DNA of 64,000 bases from Phoronis australis (taxonomy: Eukaryota; Animalia; Phoronida). The translations under genes and the position numbers were made by a program. Of this stretch, positions 36,092 to 49,601 are shown piece by piece. Below the pieces are notes generated by a model that was not told where the DNA came from, did no database searches, and worked only from the letters and a program-made list of their open reading frames with translations. The first letter of the stretch is position 1; the number at the start of each line of letters is the position of its first letter. The stretch is from the NCBI GenBank assembly GCA_002633005.1, contig NMRA01000192.1, positions 76,231 to 140,230 on the forward strand, written 5' to 3'.

Positions 36092-39000
36092 TCAGACTTC
36101 TATGTGAGGATCTATAGTCTTGTTGACCTTAGCCATGCGTGGCACATTTTTCAAGTTTGGTTTCTCTGTTCTGGTGTGCCATACGAGAATCTGAAAAGAA
36201 AACACCATTTACCATAAAATCATGACATCTGATAAGTAATGCAAACATTTTACATTTCTAATGGAGCAATGGTTACACATTACTTTCCTAAAAGCTTGGT
36301 GTCATGTCTTCATGCTGTGAAGACCTATGCTCAGTGAGTAAAAGAAATCCAATACGTGGGACACTTGCCTCACCGCCTTGTGAGGGAAAATCCTCCAGCT
36401 TCATTTTGCCAAAAACGTGAGCTATGAGCTGAGGTCAGTTACATTTGAGGCCCCTAGAACTCCTACACTGGCCGTAGCCATGCAGTGTGCTGTAGTGGTA
36501 AAATTAGAGGTAAGTAGGTGCCAAAAGTACACCGTATCACCTTACGCACTGAACGTAACTTACGGTGTGTTGGCGCTACGTCCAAATGCCAAAAGGTGGT
36601 TGGCTGCACCTATGTGCACCTACGCCCCACTACAGCACTGTAGCCATGGTGATACACTTGTTCTCAAGATTCATTAAACCACTGGTTCAACTTACAGTAG
36701 AACACGACTTGGGTTCCAGATCATCCAACGTTGTAACTTTTGAAAGAAAAGACGTTTCCTGGTATCCTCTCTGAACATAAACATCAAACTTTGCGCTGGG
36801 ATGTTCAAACAACAATTGCACATTGACCGCAAACCCAGCCATGTCTAGCGCGAATGGTCTGTTGGGTTTCCAGTAGGTAAACCATCCCACCACCTGAAAA
36901 AAGACAATTTAAATCAAACTGATTAAAAACTCCTGAAAAAAGTATATGGCTTATCAACTGGAATGATCATTTCAGAAAATTATTCAGAAAACTTTCACTT
37001 ATGAGTTGGAAACTAATGAACTGGAGAATTGCCATTAATGTTCTCCAATGACATGGAGACTGATCATCAGTGAAAATCTGTAGTGGTTGACATCTCTGTA
37101 TAATGTTCGTTTTCTCAATTTCTTGGAAATTAGAAACAAAAAATGAAAAGCACACTCGTCTGAGTACCACAAACATTCAGTTGTTAAAAGAAGTTTCAAC
37201 ATTTTCACTTTTAAATACTTGTCCACCCACATTTTATACATTCAAATTTTGCCCATGTTCCTAATATGAACATACATCTACTGGAATTTCAAGAAAAAAT
37301 TCACATGATTTGTTTACCTGTGACTAACAAATAGTGCATATTCTATATTCAGGCCATGTTTTGTTTGGCTCATGTGGAGTAGCCATGCACCAGTATAGGC
37401 CCTAACATAAATTAAATTAACCTCCACTCTAACTTGTCCCCCCACCCCCGATTTCTTTTCATGCTAGACTTTACGCCCACACCCGAATTTTTCAGTTTTC
37501 CAATTTAAATGCCAAGGGCGTTAACCTGGACATAAACGCTAGGCACACACACACGCACGCAAACACACACACACATACACAACCACATGCACATGCAGAC
37601 ACACAATGAACATACCCTGTCATGACGACAAATTGGAGCTTCATACGGTAAGCCTCCTACCAGACCAACAGGCCACACAGATACTGTCTGTGTAGATCGC
37701 ATCTAAAATAAGGCAATTAAAATTATTGCGTTCATAATTCACAGCAAAGTACAGCAACAAGGTGAAACTAAAAAAACGTTCGACCACTCAAATCAGAGAA
37801 AAACACCTGAATTTATAAACCCAGAAACTTGCCAGTGAAGCAATAAAATGAATTTTGGCCCATAAATTGATCCTGTAAAATTAGGAAATTGTGTATTATC
37901 AACCTCTGAATGAGTAACTTTTCAACACATTACTGTAGTGCCTAAAAACTCCAACTCTGGAACATGTATATTTTGGTCAGCATTCGACACAATTGCTGCA
38001 CCCAGTCTTGCTTATGTCTACTTCAAAACAAAGACACTACTTGATCAACATCGTACCACATGTATTCTTAGAACAATATTTGTGTCCTCCTTTAAAGGTC
38101 ACTAATAGAGTCCTTCCGTATAGCTTTGCATGCGAGGTCAAATCACATGATAAGCTTCACAAGTCATAGTCATATTCTCGATTTCAACTGTACGAAAGTG
38201 CCAAAATTTAAAAGATATTTCCAAGAACGGAGATTCTGTTGGGTTCAAAACAAACTTAACAAACTTGATTTGTCCAATTGCTCCGCATTTCCTTAGCATC
38301 ACGCACCCACACATATTTGCTATGAAGTTTATCCAACTTTCTCCTGTCACAGTTGCAGCCCAGAGCACAGCAATAATACTTCATTGGTATTTGGAAAGAC
38401 GAATAGACTAATGCAGCCGAGAAAAAGCTTAAAAGCTTGTACAGAAATACGGCAACAACAAAGAACATGTGGAACTTCAATGACGTGAAAACGAGACTAC
38501 AAAAGCGCTTGATGGATATTGTGACACTGTGGGTAAATACTGAGATTTGAGTGTTACAGTGTAATCCTGGACAGTCTCACTGAATACACTTCTACACTTG
38601 CCACAATCGTAGCTTCACATGTATTTGTATGTCACTAAATATGGCCATGGTGGTCATAAATAAATGGTGAATTTTGAGTTCCAGTGCAAGACCCTCAATC
38701 CCTCGATTTGGGGGCCGAATATTGGCCTTATACCCACCTGAAAAATATTGAAAAATCACGCGAAATTTCCCTCCCGACGGCCAAAAATTCCCCTCAATTA
38801 ATTGAAAAATTGCCCTCGAGGTTCAAGTCACTTGTAACCCACTCAAGATGTTATTTTTAGCTACTTGAGGCAGAGCCTATGAGAACTTGCAATAGGGTGG
38901 GGTGTGCTACTGATGGTGATCGGGAGGTAGAATTTCCCTCTCACCTGAAAAATTCCCCTCTCAGAATGCACAGGCACATTTCCTCTGGGATGAATGAAAG

Positions 39001-42000
39001 TCTTGCAATGTGTCTCCCACTCACAACTCCCCAAAACAACAACACCAGTCATTCCTTAAACATTAGTAACTGTGTGTAATACAATTGTCTTAAATAATAA
39101 CCGTACATGCTCAAATAGACGCAGGTCATAAGTGTTGTCATCGTCGGCAAAATACAACACTCCTTTCTGTGTTGTGGGATCAAAATGATCACGAATCCAA
39201 CTCAGAGCTAAATTTCTTTGAAGTGTTCCACGTGGCTTTAACCAATTCGGATCCGTCTGTGTCATTTTAACATCTGGAGGAGTCTGAACGTTTAAATGCG
39301 TATAAACAAGACCACTTTTTTTTAAGAATGTAGCCACAAGACCGGTCTTTGATGAAGCGTCTTCAACCACAATCCAGTGTAACCGTTTCACATGAAGAAA
39401 CGTTTGTGAAATCCTGGTCAGTTCAGCTTTCTGTACAGGTCTAGTGTGAGTAGGGGTTATGCAAAATATGACTGGTGATTTGGCATCGGTGGCAAGTGGT
39501 AATAATCTTTCTTTCCTGAGAATGTTAAGCTCTCGGTGGCGAAGATCTGCCTCTTTCCGTTCAAGCGCTTGTTGCCACTCTTGCAAGCTGTTTTGATTAA
39601 ACTGCATTTCTTGTCTGAGGTCAAGATATTTGAGTTCCTCATCTGAAGATGTTGTGCTGTCAAATAGTCCTACAACATTCAAATAAATTATATATCAGAC
39701 CATGACTAAGCAATTTCCTGTGCAACAAAAAATAGAAATTGTTACCGTGGTAACCTTTTATTGAAGCAGCTATAAACCATGACAAAAACAAACTTTTTTC
39801 CCAAAACAAAGTTATTGCCTTCTTATTGCATGTCAGAATTGAAATTGGTTACTAACAGTAATTCACCTAGACAAGTCACTATCTAGAACTTTCGATGTCT
39901 TTTCTGAAACGGTCATACCATCAAAAGAAACTTAACGAGTCTGGTAAGAAATAAGATATGGAACCATTTTAAATGATAAGTGAATGGTAATGGTCGAAAT
40001 TAAAAGACAGCACTACAAACGGTGTAGTGAAAATGGCAAATGTAAAGATACACTACATGGATATTAAACTAAATATATCCAGAACTAGGGTGAGCAAACC
40101 AATATGGCGGAAATTCAGCAAGAGCGAAATTTTGCCATTTTTCATGATTTTCACAAGCTCATATCTATTAGCATACTAAGTGGTGGAAAAAGAAAAGTAT
40201 GGCAATGAAATATTTAATTTTTCTTCTTTCTATTGATATCTATTACAAAAAATTTGGGCATTAATGAGTATTTTTAAAAATTGAAGTAAAGCGAGCACTT
40301 CACAAATTTTTCACTCACCGGTAAATTCTTGTGACTTTCAGTAGGGGTCAAACTTTCAGCTGTTAAATGGCCATTACTGAACCGATTTTAATGATATTTA
40401 TATCAAACTGTTTGCTACAAAATTCTGCTTTCAATCCTGAGTGTACACTTTTTATTTTTTTGACAAAAATATGAGAAAAAGTACTTTTTTTAATTTACGG
40501 CCTCGCCACTCTCTCACCTAGAAAAATCCTGAAAGTGTACACTCAATGTCATAATCACTTATCATGCCCTAATCCATTCCTGATCAAATTTTTTCACTTT
40601 ATCTCACCATTTCCATTTAGGAACACTTCTAAACAGGTAACTTCAGTCATTTTTCAAGAACCATGTTGACCTTTCCAGGGTTCAAACTAAACTCGAACCT
40701 GATTGGTCAAATGTATTCCACAGAGCCAGTCAAAACTTCTCTAAATTACAAAACGTGGTCCAAACCTGGTAAAACATTGTCATTAAAATAATATAGAATA
40801 CTTTTAAAATTTAATTTACTTCAATTTTGGGAATAGAGTCATTTTTTTCTATTTTCTTCAAAAATATTTTTTGTTACACTTTTACTACCTCGTGGGGGCG
40901 CTGTGATCAGTTTCATTTTTAGAAAATTACATATTTCACCAAAATAAATGTTCAGTCAATGCTGCAGTGCATCAAAACAGTTTAGAATACAAATATGCTC
41001 TTTTTGGATAGTCACCAACACAACACCTCTCAGTTTCTATATTATTTGATAGGAATGAAATTGATTTAAAATTCGTTGAAATTTTAGGGTCCAATTTAAT
41101 TTTGTTTAATTAAAAATGCATATTACCATTTTTTGTCATTTGGTGTGCAACTTAAGATTGTGAAAACATTGCTCTTACTTGGGAAAAAAGATTAATTTGT
41201 ATAACCTCACTGGTTCTTAAGTAAATAACAAAATACTCTGAAAAAGACTAGTTTTCTGGTTTTTGCTCATTTTGAATTCATTTGTTATGCAAATTTCATT
41301 TTTTAGAATTATTTCAAAATCTTTTGGAGTAAAACAAACATGTTCACTAAGCAATAATAATTCTTGAAGTGTTTTGTCATTTTCAAGGTAATAAGTTGCT
41401 CTCTTTTTAAAACATCACTTGTTAAACTTGGCTTCAGGGGCAAAAATGTCCTGTCACAAGCCGAAAAAAAACTAAGTCGATGGTGAATTTTTCAATTTTT
41501 GTTGTTCTAGTTCGTGCAACATATAATAATTTGTGGTTTGATGTTGATGCCATGTTGTTAACCTACTTGCAAAGGACTCTGCATCTCGTTTTAAGAACAC
41601 TGTGAGCTATTGGATTCCCAAATATAGTTGTCTAAACTTGCCATTTTCTGTGGCCTGAAATTTCCGGGTGCCGTTTGCTGAAAAAAAGGCCATTTTTGAG
41701 GCTCTAAAATTCAAATAACTCGAGAACCGCTGAACCGATTTGAAAAATTCAAAAAGTTGTATAAACGGCATGTCTAAAGCTATTATTTAACACTCTTTTC
41801 AAGTGTTTCTAATGAAATTTGTATTTGGGTTTGCTCACCCTACCAGAACAAAACTGAGCAGTTATCTATGTTTGCACTATGTAAAAAAGTAAAAAAATGA
41901 GATAATGATTCATTGTATAGCCCATACTGGATGCTCAGTGACATATGCAGATCAAATTTGACCAAATATTCAATGAAATCCACAACGTTTGGAGTAGCTC

Positions 42001-42199
42001 CACGAGATAACAAAAAGGCAAAGCCATAATGGCATAATGCCTTAATGGCCATGTGGCACAGAAAGGTTTTTTCCCACGAAAGAAAACCAAGAAGAGGCCG
42101 GCAGACAGACTAACCGTGTTTAACTGCAAGTGTGACAATTATGACCACTGTTAAGATTCCAAACAATACCACACGACTTCGAAGTCGCACTGCTGGCAT
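36092..42199 (-). CDS. B3GAT3: Galactosylgalactosylxylosylprotein 3-beta-glucuronosyltransferase (GT43, GlcAT-I-like), 343 aa
   Basis: Exons 42199-42115, 39669-39107, 37702-37616, 36893-36696 and 36190-36092 are phase-consistent (1032 nt). N-terminal signal anchor. Motifs ITPTH..QKAELTR, WIVVED, QRNLAL, YFADDDNTY, WPVGLVGG, DMAGFAVN, GYQET and LVWHTRTEKP. The paralog label is approximate in an invertebrate. Confidence 0.95.
37545..37605. repeat. Imperfect (CA)n microsatellite
   Basis: Directly visible. Confidence 0.8.
40086..41842. mobile_element. Non-autonomous TIR DNA transposon (hAT-like TAGGG ends), 1757 bp, in B3GAT intron 1
   Basis: TAGGGTGAGCAAACC ... GGTTTGCTCACCCTA is a perfect 15-bp TIR pair, flanked by the direct repeat CCAGAAC. 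The interior is AT-rich and non-coding. Confidence 0.88.
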
Positions 42200-42602
42200 A
42201 CTGGAGTAATCTAGTCATCAGAATGTCTTTATTTCTTCATTCTTTGTCATCTAAGGACTGATGCGGAAAACCCGTGTTTACATTTTTTCTTCCTCCAGTC
42301 AAGGAGAGGTGCTTTTTCATAAATAAACAAAACGTTTCTACATTTGATACTTTTTATTCTTATTATTGTCAATTTTAAGTTTATAATATTAAACAACGCA
42401 CTTTTATATTGTATGAAAATAATTTTTAATGATAATTTTATCAAAATTAATAATTGAATTTGAAAATAAATTTCATTCATAAACCAAGTTAGTAAGTGTT
42501 TATGTAAATGTACCCAAAAAACAAATATTGCCGACTGTGGTATGTGAGGATCGTGTGAACTTCGGAAGTACATCTCGCTGTTGTAGTTAAGATTTGCCTA
42601 TT
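42200..42602. promoter_or_regulatory. Putative bidirectional promoter between B3GAT and ATXN3
   Basis: Only 403 bp separate the two divergent ATGs, with a very AT-rich core. Function is inferred. Confidence 0.65.
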
Positions 42603-45600
42603 ATGGATTCGATTCTACATGAAAAGGTGTGAAAACTTAAGACATTGATTAGCTATTCTTTTAATTTAAAGCAAACATTTGTCTTGTCACAATCTGACAC
42701 AATCTGTCTCTCACTAATCACTGGGACTGGTTCCACGAAAACTGACTTAGCTAACACAAATCTTAAACTTGAGTTAGTTTTAAGTTAAAACTTTTATTTG
42801 TCTTAAATCTGTTCCAAGAAAGTGATCTTAAGTTTGACTTAAGTTATGTGTTGAGTTTTACTAACTTGACGAATGTGGAAGTTTCAAACTTTTAAGTCGA
42901 GACAAATCTTAGACTGGTCAACTGGCCACAGTAGAGATGTTGACCATCCCTGCATAGGCCCTCCATACGCTGGAAAGCACTGATTAAACCATCAAAATCA
43001 TGTTGCTCTAAGTACCCTTTGCACATATAGAGGGAGACCTTAGGAGGCCGTTGATGTCTGTAATTTCTCATGTGGAAAATTTCTCGCTCACACTGGTCAC
43101 CGCTCTGATTCCCTAAGGGCCAGACAACTTTTATGACCAATTTGATTATATACCGATTGCCCTTTGTATTGATGTAGATCTGAGCTAATGAAGTGGAAAG
43201 GTAATAGCTAGCACTACTGTCTTAATAATGGTGATGGTTATTACATCCAAATTGTTTTTCTCTGGCATTTGTACAGAGTTAAAGCCTGCAATGTGGAGAG
43301 CAGTTTTAACTTGGTACATTTTAAATATTACAAAAAGACTAAAAAGCTAATTTGCGTTGATCTTGACAAACTGCCAATTCCCAAAAGAACGTTGGTTTTA
43401 AATAGGTTTCATATCTGTTATCATTACTTTATTTTAATACTCCTGTCTACTTGTTTTTTTTCTTACCGGTTAGGGTTGCTATCTTTTTATTTTGTGTTCA
43501 AACAAAGTATCAAAATAACTTAGGAGTCAGTTAACTGTGAACTCATCTCTAAATTTTATAGATTATAGCTACACCAAACGTGTCACAGCAAACAAAACTA
43601 CACATGCCATTAGTTCAATTTCAATTTTTAATAGAACTCAAATCATAAAATAATACAGAAGTGCAGATATGGTGATAGCCAAACTGAAGATTTGGAGCCT
43701 CTGGACAATTTTGGTTGCAGTAACTACATAACTGTTCTAACTTTTCCTTAGTCATAAAAAATGAAATCATAGCTCTTGCCCATTGACCAACCTCATCCAC
43801 TGCTTGCACTCTCTCGTTGACTAAAAAGCTTGCCATCTTAGCTGTCTTCGCAGGTGTTCCATTGCAACTACAAGCTAACTATCGAAATTGATGCATTTCC
43901 GCAAATAGCAGTTTTCGGGTTAGTGTACTACTCCTGGAGTAAAGTAGTTCAGCATGCACTGGGCCGTAAGCAATGTTTTAAAAGTTACTGACATCTAATT
44001 TAGTCACTGTGTGTTGTTTATAGTTGTTTCAATGTAGCTTAGTTGTATATTAAAAGAATAATCCACTTGATATTGTTAACTCTGATCAGTGTTTGTAAAT
44101 TGCCGTGTACATCAATACGCACAGTCGTTTTTCTTCAATGGTACCCAATGTTTGTAGTTTTTAGCTTAATAGTTCATCAATTTTTAAACATCGAAAACCA
44201 AATTTGGTTGTTTTTTCTATCTAAATACAGCTGTGGTATTTGTTTTTACCGAAAACTGTTAATGCATTTTGAAAATTTGCCAGTATGTACAGGCAGAGAT
44301 GTTCACTACAGTTTATGGTCAGGTAATTACACTTAATTGAGTCTTGTGCGAACCGGACAATACGGTCATCGCAAATGAGTCCGACTCTGGTGGTGTGCTC
44401 AGAAGGACGAGCTGTGAAAAGTCATGCATAACTTTAGAAATGCGTGACTTTCGTGTAAACGTATTATTCACGGCATGTTCCAACTCGAACAAATACTCCC
44501 GTAATCAAAGTTTTTTCGAACAGTGCTTCGTTCAGTTGCCCAAATCGGCAACCGGCCATTTTGACACTACTCATGCCAGGAGATATGACGTCATGTACCT
44601 TTTCCTTGCTGGCAACATAAATAGCTTACTTGTACTTCGTTACAGCAAGAAGGTTCTCTTTGTGCCCAGCACTGCCTCAACGTGTTACTACAGGGTGCCT
44701 ACTTCACAGCTATAGACCTGGCTGATATAGCACGACAACTGGATGAGTCAGAGAGACTAAGAATGGCCGAGGGTGGTGTGATGACTGACAGTTATCAACG
44801 TTTCATGAAGGTTGTCAACAATACTTTGGCACTCATAACCTATGTTCTGAAACTTGTCCTGTGTTCATTAGTGCTGATCTATTAGAGTTGTCTTATGTAG
44901 AATTTGAGTGATAAGATTCTTCAACTCTCATAAACTCCATTCATTGTGTTTTCAACAATCACATTGTGTTACAGTTGATTTCAATAAAAGTTCTGCAGTG
45001 GATGGGAAAAATGTTATTCAAGTTGATTTCTTGTTAATTATTTAGATGTAAGTGAACAGAGCAGAAAGGCTTCTCTGGATGATCACTGTTCTGTGTAATG
45101 TTACATTCACTTGTGTATAGTGCTACTTTCACTTGTGTGTAGCGCTACTTGCACTTGTGTGTAGTGCTACATTCACTTGTGTGTAGTGCTACTTTCACTT
45201 GTGTGTAGTGCTACTTTCACTTGTGTGTAGCGCTACTTGCACTTGTGTGTAGAGCTACATTCACTTGTGTGTAGTGCTACTTTCACTTGTGTGTAGTGCT
45301 ACTTTCACTTGTTTGTCACACAGTAATGGTGAGTAGTGTTCCTTGTTAATACATAAAGTGTTTCAGATTGTCTCAACAAGAAGAAGGAAATAACGATTAC
45401 TTTCCAGGATAGTTTTCGTTTAAGGACAGTGCTGTTATTTGGAGACACTTTTGTTTGGCTAAAAAATCTAAGTAGTTGAAGAATTTTGCTCTGAAAAACG
45501 TTATTTGTTGTTAATACTTTTGGAAAATGAAAGTAGTTCACTTTGTTAGGAAAACTGCAAAATTTCGCACTCTCCAGAACAAACTTGAATGTCGTGTTTT

Positions 45601-48600
45601 AAATCTCTTTTCCAGCAACCATCTTCTAATTATGATGACAGTGGTTTCTTTTCCGTCCAAGTATTATCCAACGCTCTCAGCGTGTGGAATCTGGAGCTAG
45701 TCCCATACAGTAGCCAAGATCCAGTCTCCATTTGTGCCAGAGCTGATCCCACGTAAGACTTTTTGTATTACCGTTGGAGGACCATATGAGAGAGAAACAC
45801 TTTTATTTACATTAAGTTATGATAACACAATGATTAAATAATTTGATTTCAATTAGGAGGCCTTCTGATGGTTATTGACCGCTAATAAGAAGGTCCCCTG
45901 TACAAAATAAATAATTGGAAAAGCAAAAATCTGTAGGAATAGGTGAGAAAGCCATGTATATATTACATACTTAATAAAACAACGTGTATTAGCGCTGAAA
46001 ACAACCGACATGCTAGGAACCAAGAAGTGGACTGGCACAGCTCAGGAGATTTTGGGAATATAATTAGATACTGTTACATATGAAGCAATTGGAAATATGA
46101 CAAAACTGGATCGTAGTTGCTTATAATAAAATTGGTTAAGAACCTGGAGAACTCTTGCAAAGAATATGTTTAGAACAGAGACTGGTATTTCGTTGTTGTT
46201 TATAAGTCGAGGAATTTCTAATCTAATACGGGCTCTTGATGACAATTTGTTGGACCGAGGAATTCTTCACTTAGTTGGAAGCTTTTGAGGCTTTTTATTT
46301 TATGCAAAATTAATTATTGCATATGTAAACAACATAATCCACAAGATTTTTATTTGTGAACTTTGTACTGTGTTGTTTCTGTGCATCAATACATCATTCA
46401 ACCAGTACCTCAGCTGCAGTTCGCCAAAATTTTTTTACAGAATGTTTTTCAATGATAAGTCGCAAAACTGGAACTGCAACAAAACTAAAGAGTTTGCTCT
46501 TAGATATATCTATCTTTGCATCTTCCAAAGACTTTGATGACATTCATATGGCAGGTCAGTCCCACAAATTTGGTGGGCATTTTTCCAACGTGTACTTTTT
46601 CCTTTTTCATGTTGAAATACATGTGTTGCCTAGAGAACTCTGATTCAATTTTTGTGTCACCAAATTCTTTGAACTTTGGGTCTACGGACTTCAATTTTGA
46701 AGGTCATTGGTGGTCAAGGCAACTGTGTGGCTCAGGCTAACCACCTATGTTTGGGTAAGTGCCCAACTTCGATTTCTTGAAATTTCCAATTCAAGTGCCC
46801 ATCTCCAGGTTAAGAGTCCACCTCCAATTTCCAGACTCTCAAATTTAAGTGCCCAGGGCGATAAAAATTTACAATTTCAGCCTACATTCTGTCATTTGTC
46901 TTTCAGGACACAAACTGCATATATATGTAACTTCAAGGAGCACTGGTTAACTATCAGGAAGCTTGGATTTCAGTGGTTTAATCTTAACTCATTGCTGAAA
47001 GGACCAGAGTTGATATCAGACACGTTCTTGAGCTTGTTCCTAGTTCAGTTACAACAAGAAGGTCAGTGAAACTATTGACAACTAAATGTACTCAAGTGTC
47101 TTGATTGAAGATGCGCGCCATGTCGCCTCAAAGGCGAAAAAGCAGGAAACTTGAAACTTGACTTAAACACATTGATTGCAGACACTGATGACAAATACTA
47201 TATGGCTAAGATTTCTGAATTTTACATGAAAGTAGTCTTAATTAAGATGCGAGTTTCAAGGCAAATTTCGAGTCTGAATTGCATTGTTTTATTAGCTATG
47301 GTTGCACAGTCAGCCAAGGGCTTTACTTAGTCATTGGTCTGTTTGGCAACATCCGTTTTTACATACAAAACTGATAAAATGATCTCTTGTCACTGTGATC
47401 CTTTGCATGCAGACCCTATGGTTGCTTGTGGTCTGAAGGCTTGTGAATGGGTTATGCCCTAACATTTATCAGCTGTTTTATCTACTATGGACATGTTTTC
47501 ACTGTTTCTTCTTTTTATTTCATGTTATGCAATGATTCTCTTCCGCAGGCTACTCAATTTTTATTGTCAAAGGGGTCTTACCTGATTGTGAGGCAGACCA
47601 GCTGCTGAAACTGATTCCTGCTGTGCAGCCAATCAAACCGGGGCTTATTTCCGACAAGAGTTCAAGGACTACCAGTAGTCATTCTGGCATTAATGACGAT
47701 GATGAGATGCAGAAGGCACTCTCTGCCAGCCAACAGGCAGCAGAAGATGAAGAATTTCAAAAAGCGTTGCAGATGAGTTTAGAAGGTAATGTACTGTGTA
47801 GTAAATGTGAGCAGAGCTGAATACCAACACAAGATAGTACCATAGAAGCTTGTATTTTAGCCCATACACTTCTGTCTGTAATGATTTGTTTTTTTTTAGT
47901 TATTTTACATGTCGATGCATGTGATGTAAATGTGTGTTCCTTGTCCAGGTGTCTTAAGGGTATGTAGACCCTTGAAAAATGTCCAAATTCAGCTAAAATC
48001 GAGACATCATATCTTGGAAACGGTCACTTGGATTCATGTGAAACTATCAGATACTATGCTTTATGCATTGTTCTCTAAACCTCTGTTTTTGCATGAGGGT
48101 CTATCAAAAAATAGAACTTTGTGTTTTTCATAAAAAGTTGCTTAAAACAATGTTATTGTACCATTTGTTTTTGCTAAATTTCACTGAAAAAGATCTGGTC
48201 ACGTGATCATATTAATGGCAGATTAATCACCTGTGAAAATCAAATTTTGTCCTTTTAGCGCAAGTGACCCAAAGTCACTCAGCGAATATAGCTCCTCACA
48301 TATAAACACAGCTCACGATCTTGTAAACTTTTGCCCCGACTGACAAAATACAACATTATGCTCACAAAAAGCACAGCTCATGGACTCACGTCTGCTCAGT
48401 AAAGAAACATGGGTCATGGACCTGGGCCAAATGCTCACTTTTCCACAGTGCCATCTGTTGTCAAAGCAGTTCAAGATTACAACTTGATCACATATTTTGC
48501 TATAATTTGATTTCATTTACCTTTGTTTTACTGAATTAAGCATTATTTTAAAAAAAAATTCTGTGTTGTTTTAATACTTTTTTTTAGTCAGACTACTTAG

Positions 48601-49601
48601 CGTGGTAAAACTGGTTTCTTAGAGGAGAAGTGTTAGAGTCTGTGATTAGCGCTGACATGACGAGCCAACTCATGGAGCCTGGTTTCCAGAAATTACGAAT
48701 TGTCATTTTCTCCCCTATCCCAAAAATCACATCTTATGCAAGGAAAGTTGAAGAATAATTTCATATATAAAAGTAGTCTTCGTGCGACTTTGATTTTAGT
48801 GTTGGCAAAGGACTGCACTCTCAGAATGCTCTTTAATTCTTACTTATACCCTATCAAAGGGGTGATTTATAACAGCATAATAATAGTGTTGTTGCTGTTG
48901 TTGTTGTTGTTGTTGTTTACATGGCTGCTGTTCTTATCTTGTCAGGCCATCAGCATCCTGCGCAGACCAGTAGTGCTTTAACTTCAGAAGAACTGCGACA
49001 AAGACGTATAGCATATCTGGCCAGTACGCCAGGGTCAAGTCAAGGACAACCAACAGGTTAGGCAAACAGTTGTGAATATCCAGAGCATTACTCTTTTATC
49101 TTCTGTTTTTGGATAACATTAAAGACATTGTTTGCTGTTATTATGAGTTGGCTGAACAATTCGATGGCTCAGGACTGGAAATAGTTAACTCACTTTCTGT
49201 CAACAAACTTTTCTTTATGGTATTTATCCTCTTAAAAGTGGTCTTATTGTGTGTCTTACTCTAATAAGGGGTGGTTATGAGATTGAACTGACAGTTAGTT
49301 GCGTGAAACAAAACTCAGCTATTTGGCTCAATACATATTTCCAAGGCCAACACTGTGTTGCTGGGCATGGGGTGTTTTAAAATCTAATCCCAGGCTTAAG
49401 GGTACGTAATGAATAAATTTTGGATGGGTTTCATGAACCCTTTAATGCTCAGCTTTTTTCCTTTCTGTAATTTTATTTATGTATTAATTGTATTTCTGTA
49501 ATTATATTACTGTAATTGTATTTGTGTAATTGTTTACAGGTGAGGCAACAGATGATAGTGATCTCCAAGCAGCAATAAGAATGTCCTTACAGTCACAGTG
49601 A
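42603..49601 (+). CDS. ATXN3: Ataxin-3 (Josephin deubiquitinase with 3 UIM-like motifs), 296 aa
   Basis: Exons 42603-42626, 44646-44810, 45616-45752, 46907-47061, 47549-47785, 48946-49056 and 49540-49601 are phase-consistent (891 nt). Motifs MDSILHEK|QEGSLCAQHCLN, DDSGFFSVQV, EHWLTIRK, WFNLNS, GYSIFIVKG, LTSEELRQRR and DLQAAIRMSL. Confidence 0.96.
45102..45312. repeat. Minisatellite, 22-bp unit (TACTTTCACTTGTGTGTAGTGC) x ~9.5
   Basis: Directly visible in ATXN3 intron 2. Confidence 0.95.
48887..48917. repeat. (TTG)n microsatellite upstream of the ATXN3 exon 6 acceptor
   Basis: Directly visible, with one interruption. Confidence 0.85.

Noticed and set aside
39670-39720. Alternative B3GAT start or acceptor just upstream of exon 2
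   Set aside because: An in-frame TGA lies at 39697-39695. The exon at 42199-42115 supplies the signal anchor in the correct phase.
6184-49601. Functional proteostasis cluster (J-protein plus ataxin-3)
   Set aside because: Adjacency alone is not evidence. The genes are 25 kb apart, separated by TEs and an unrelated glycosyltransferase.
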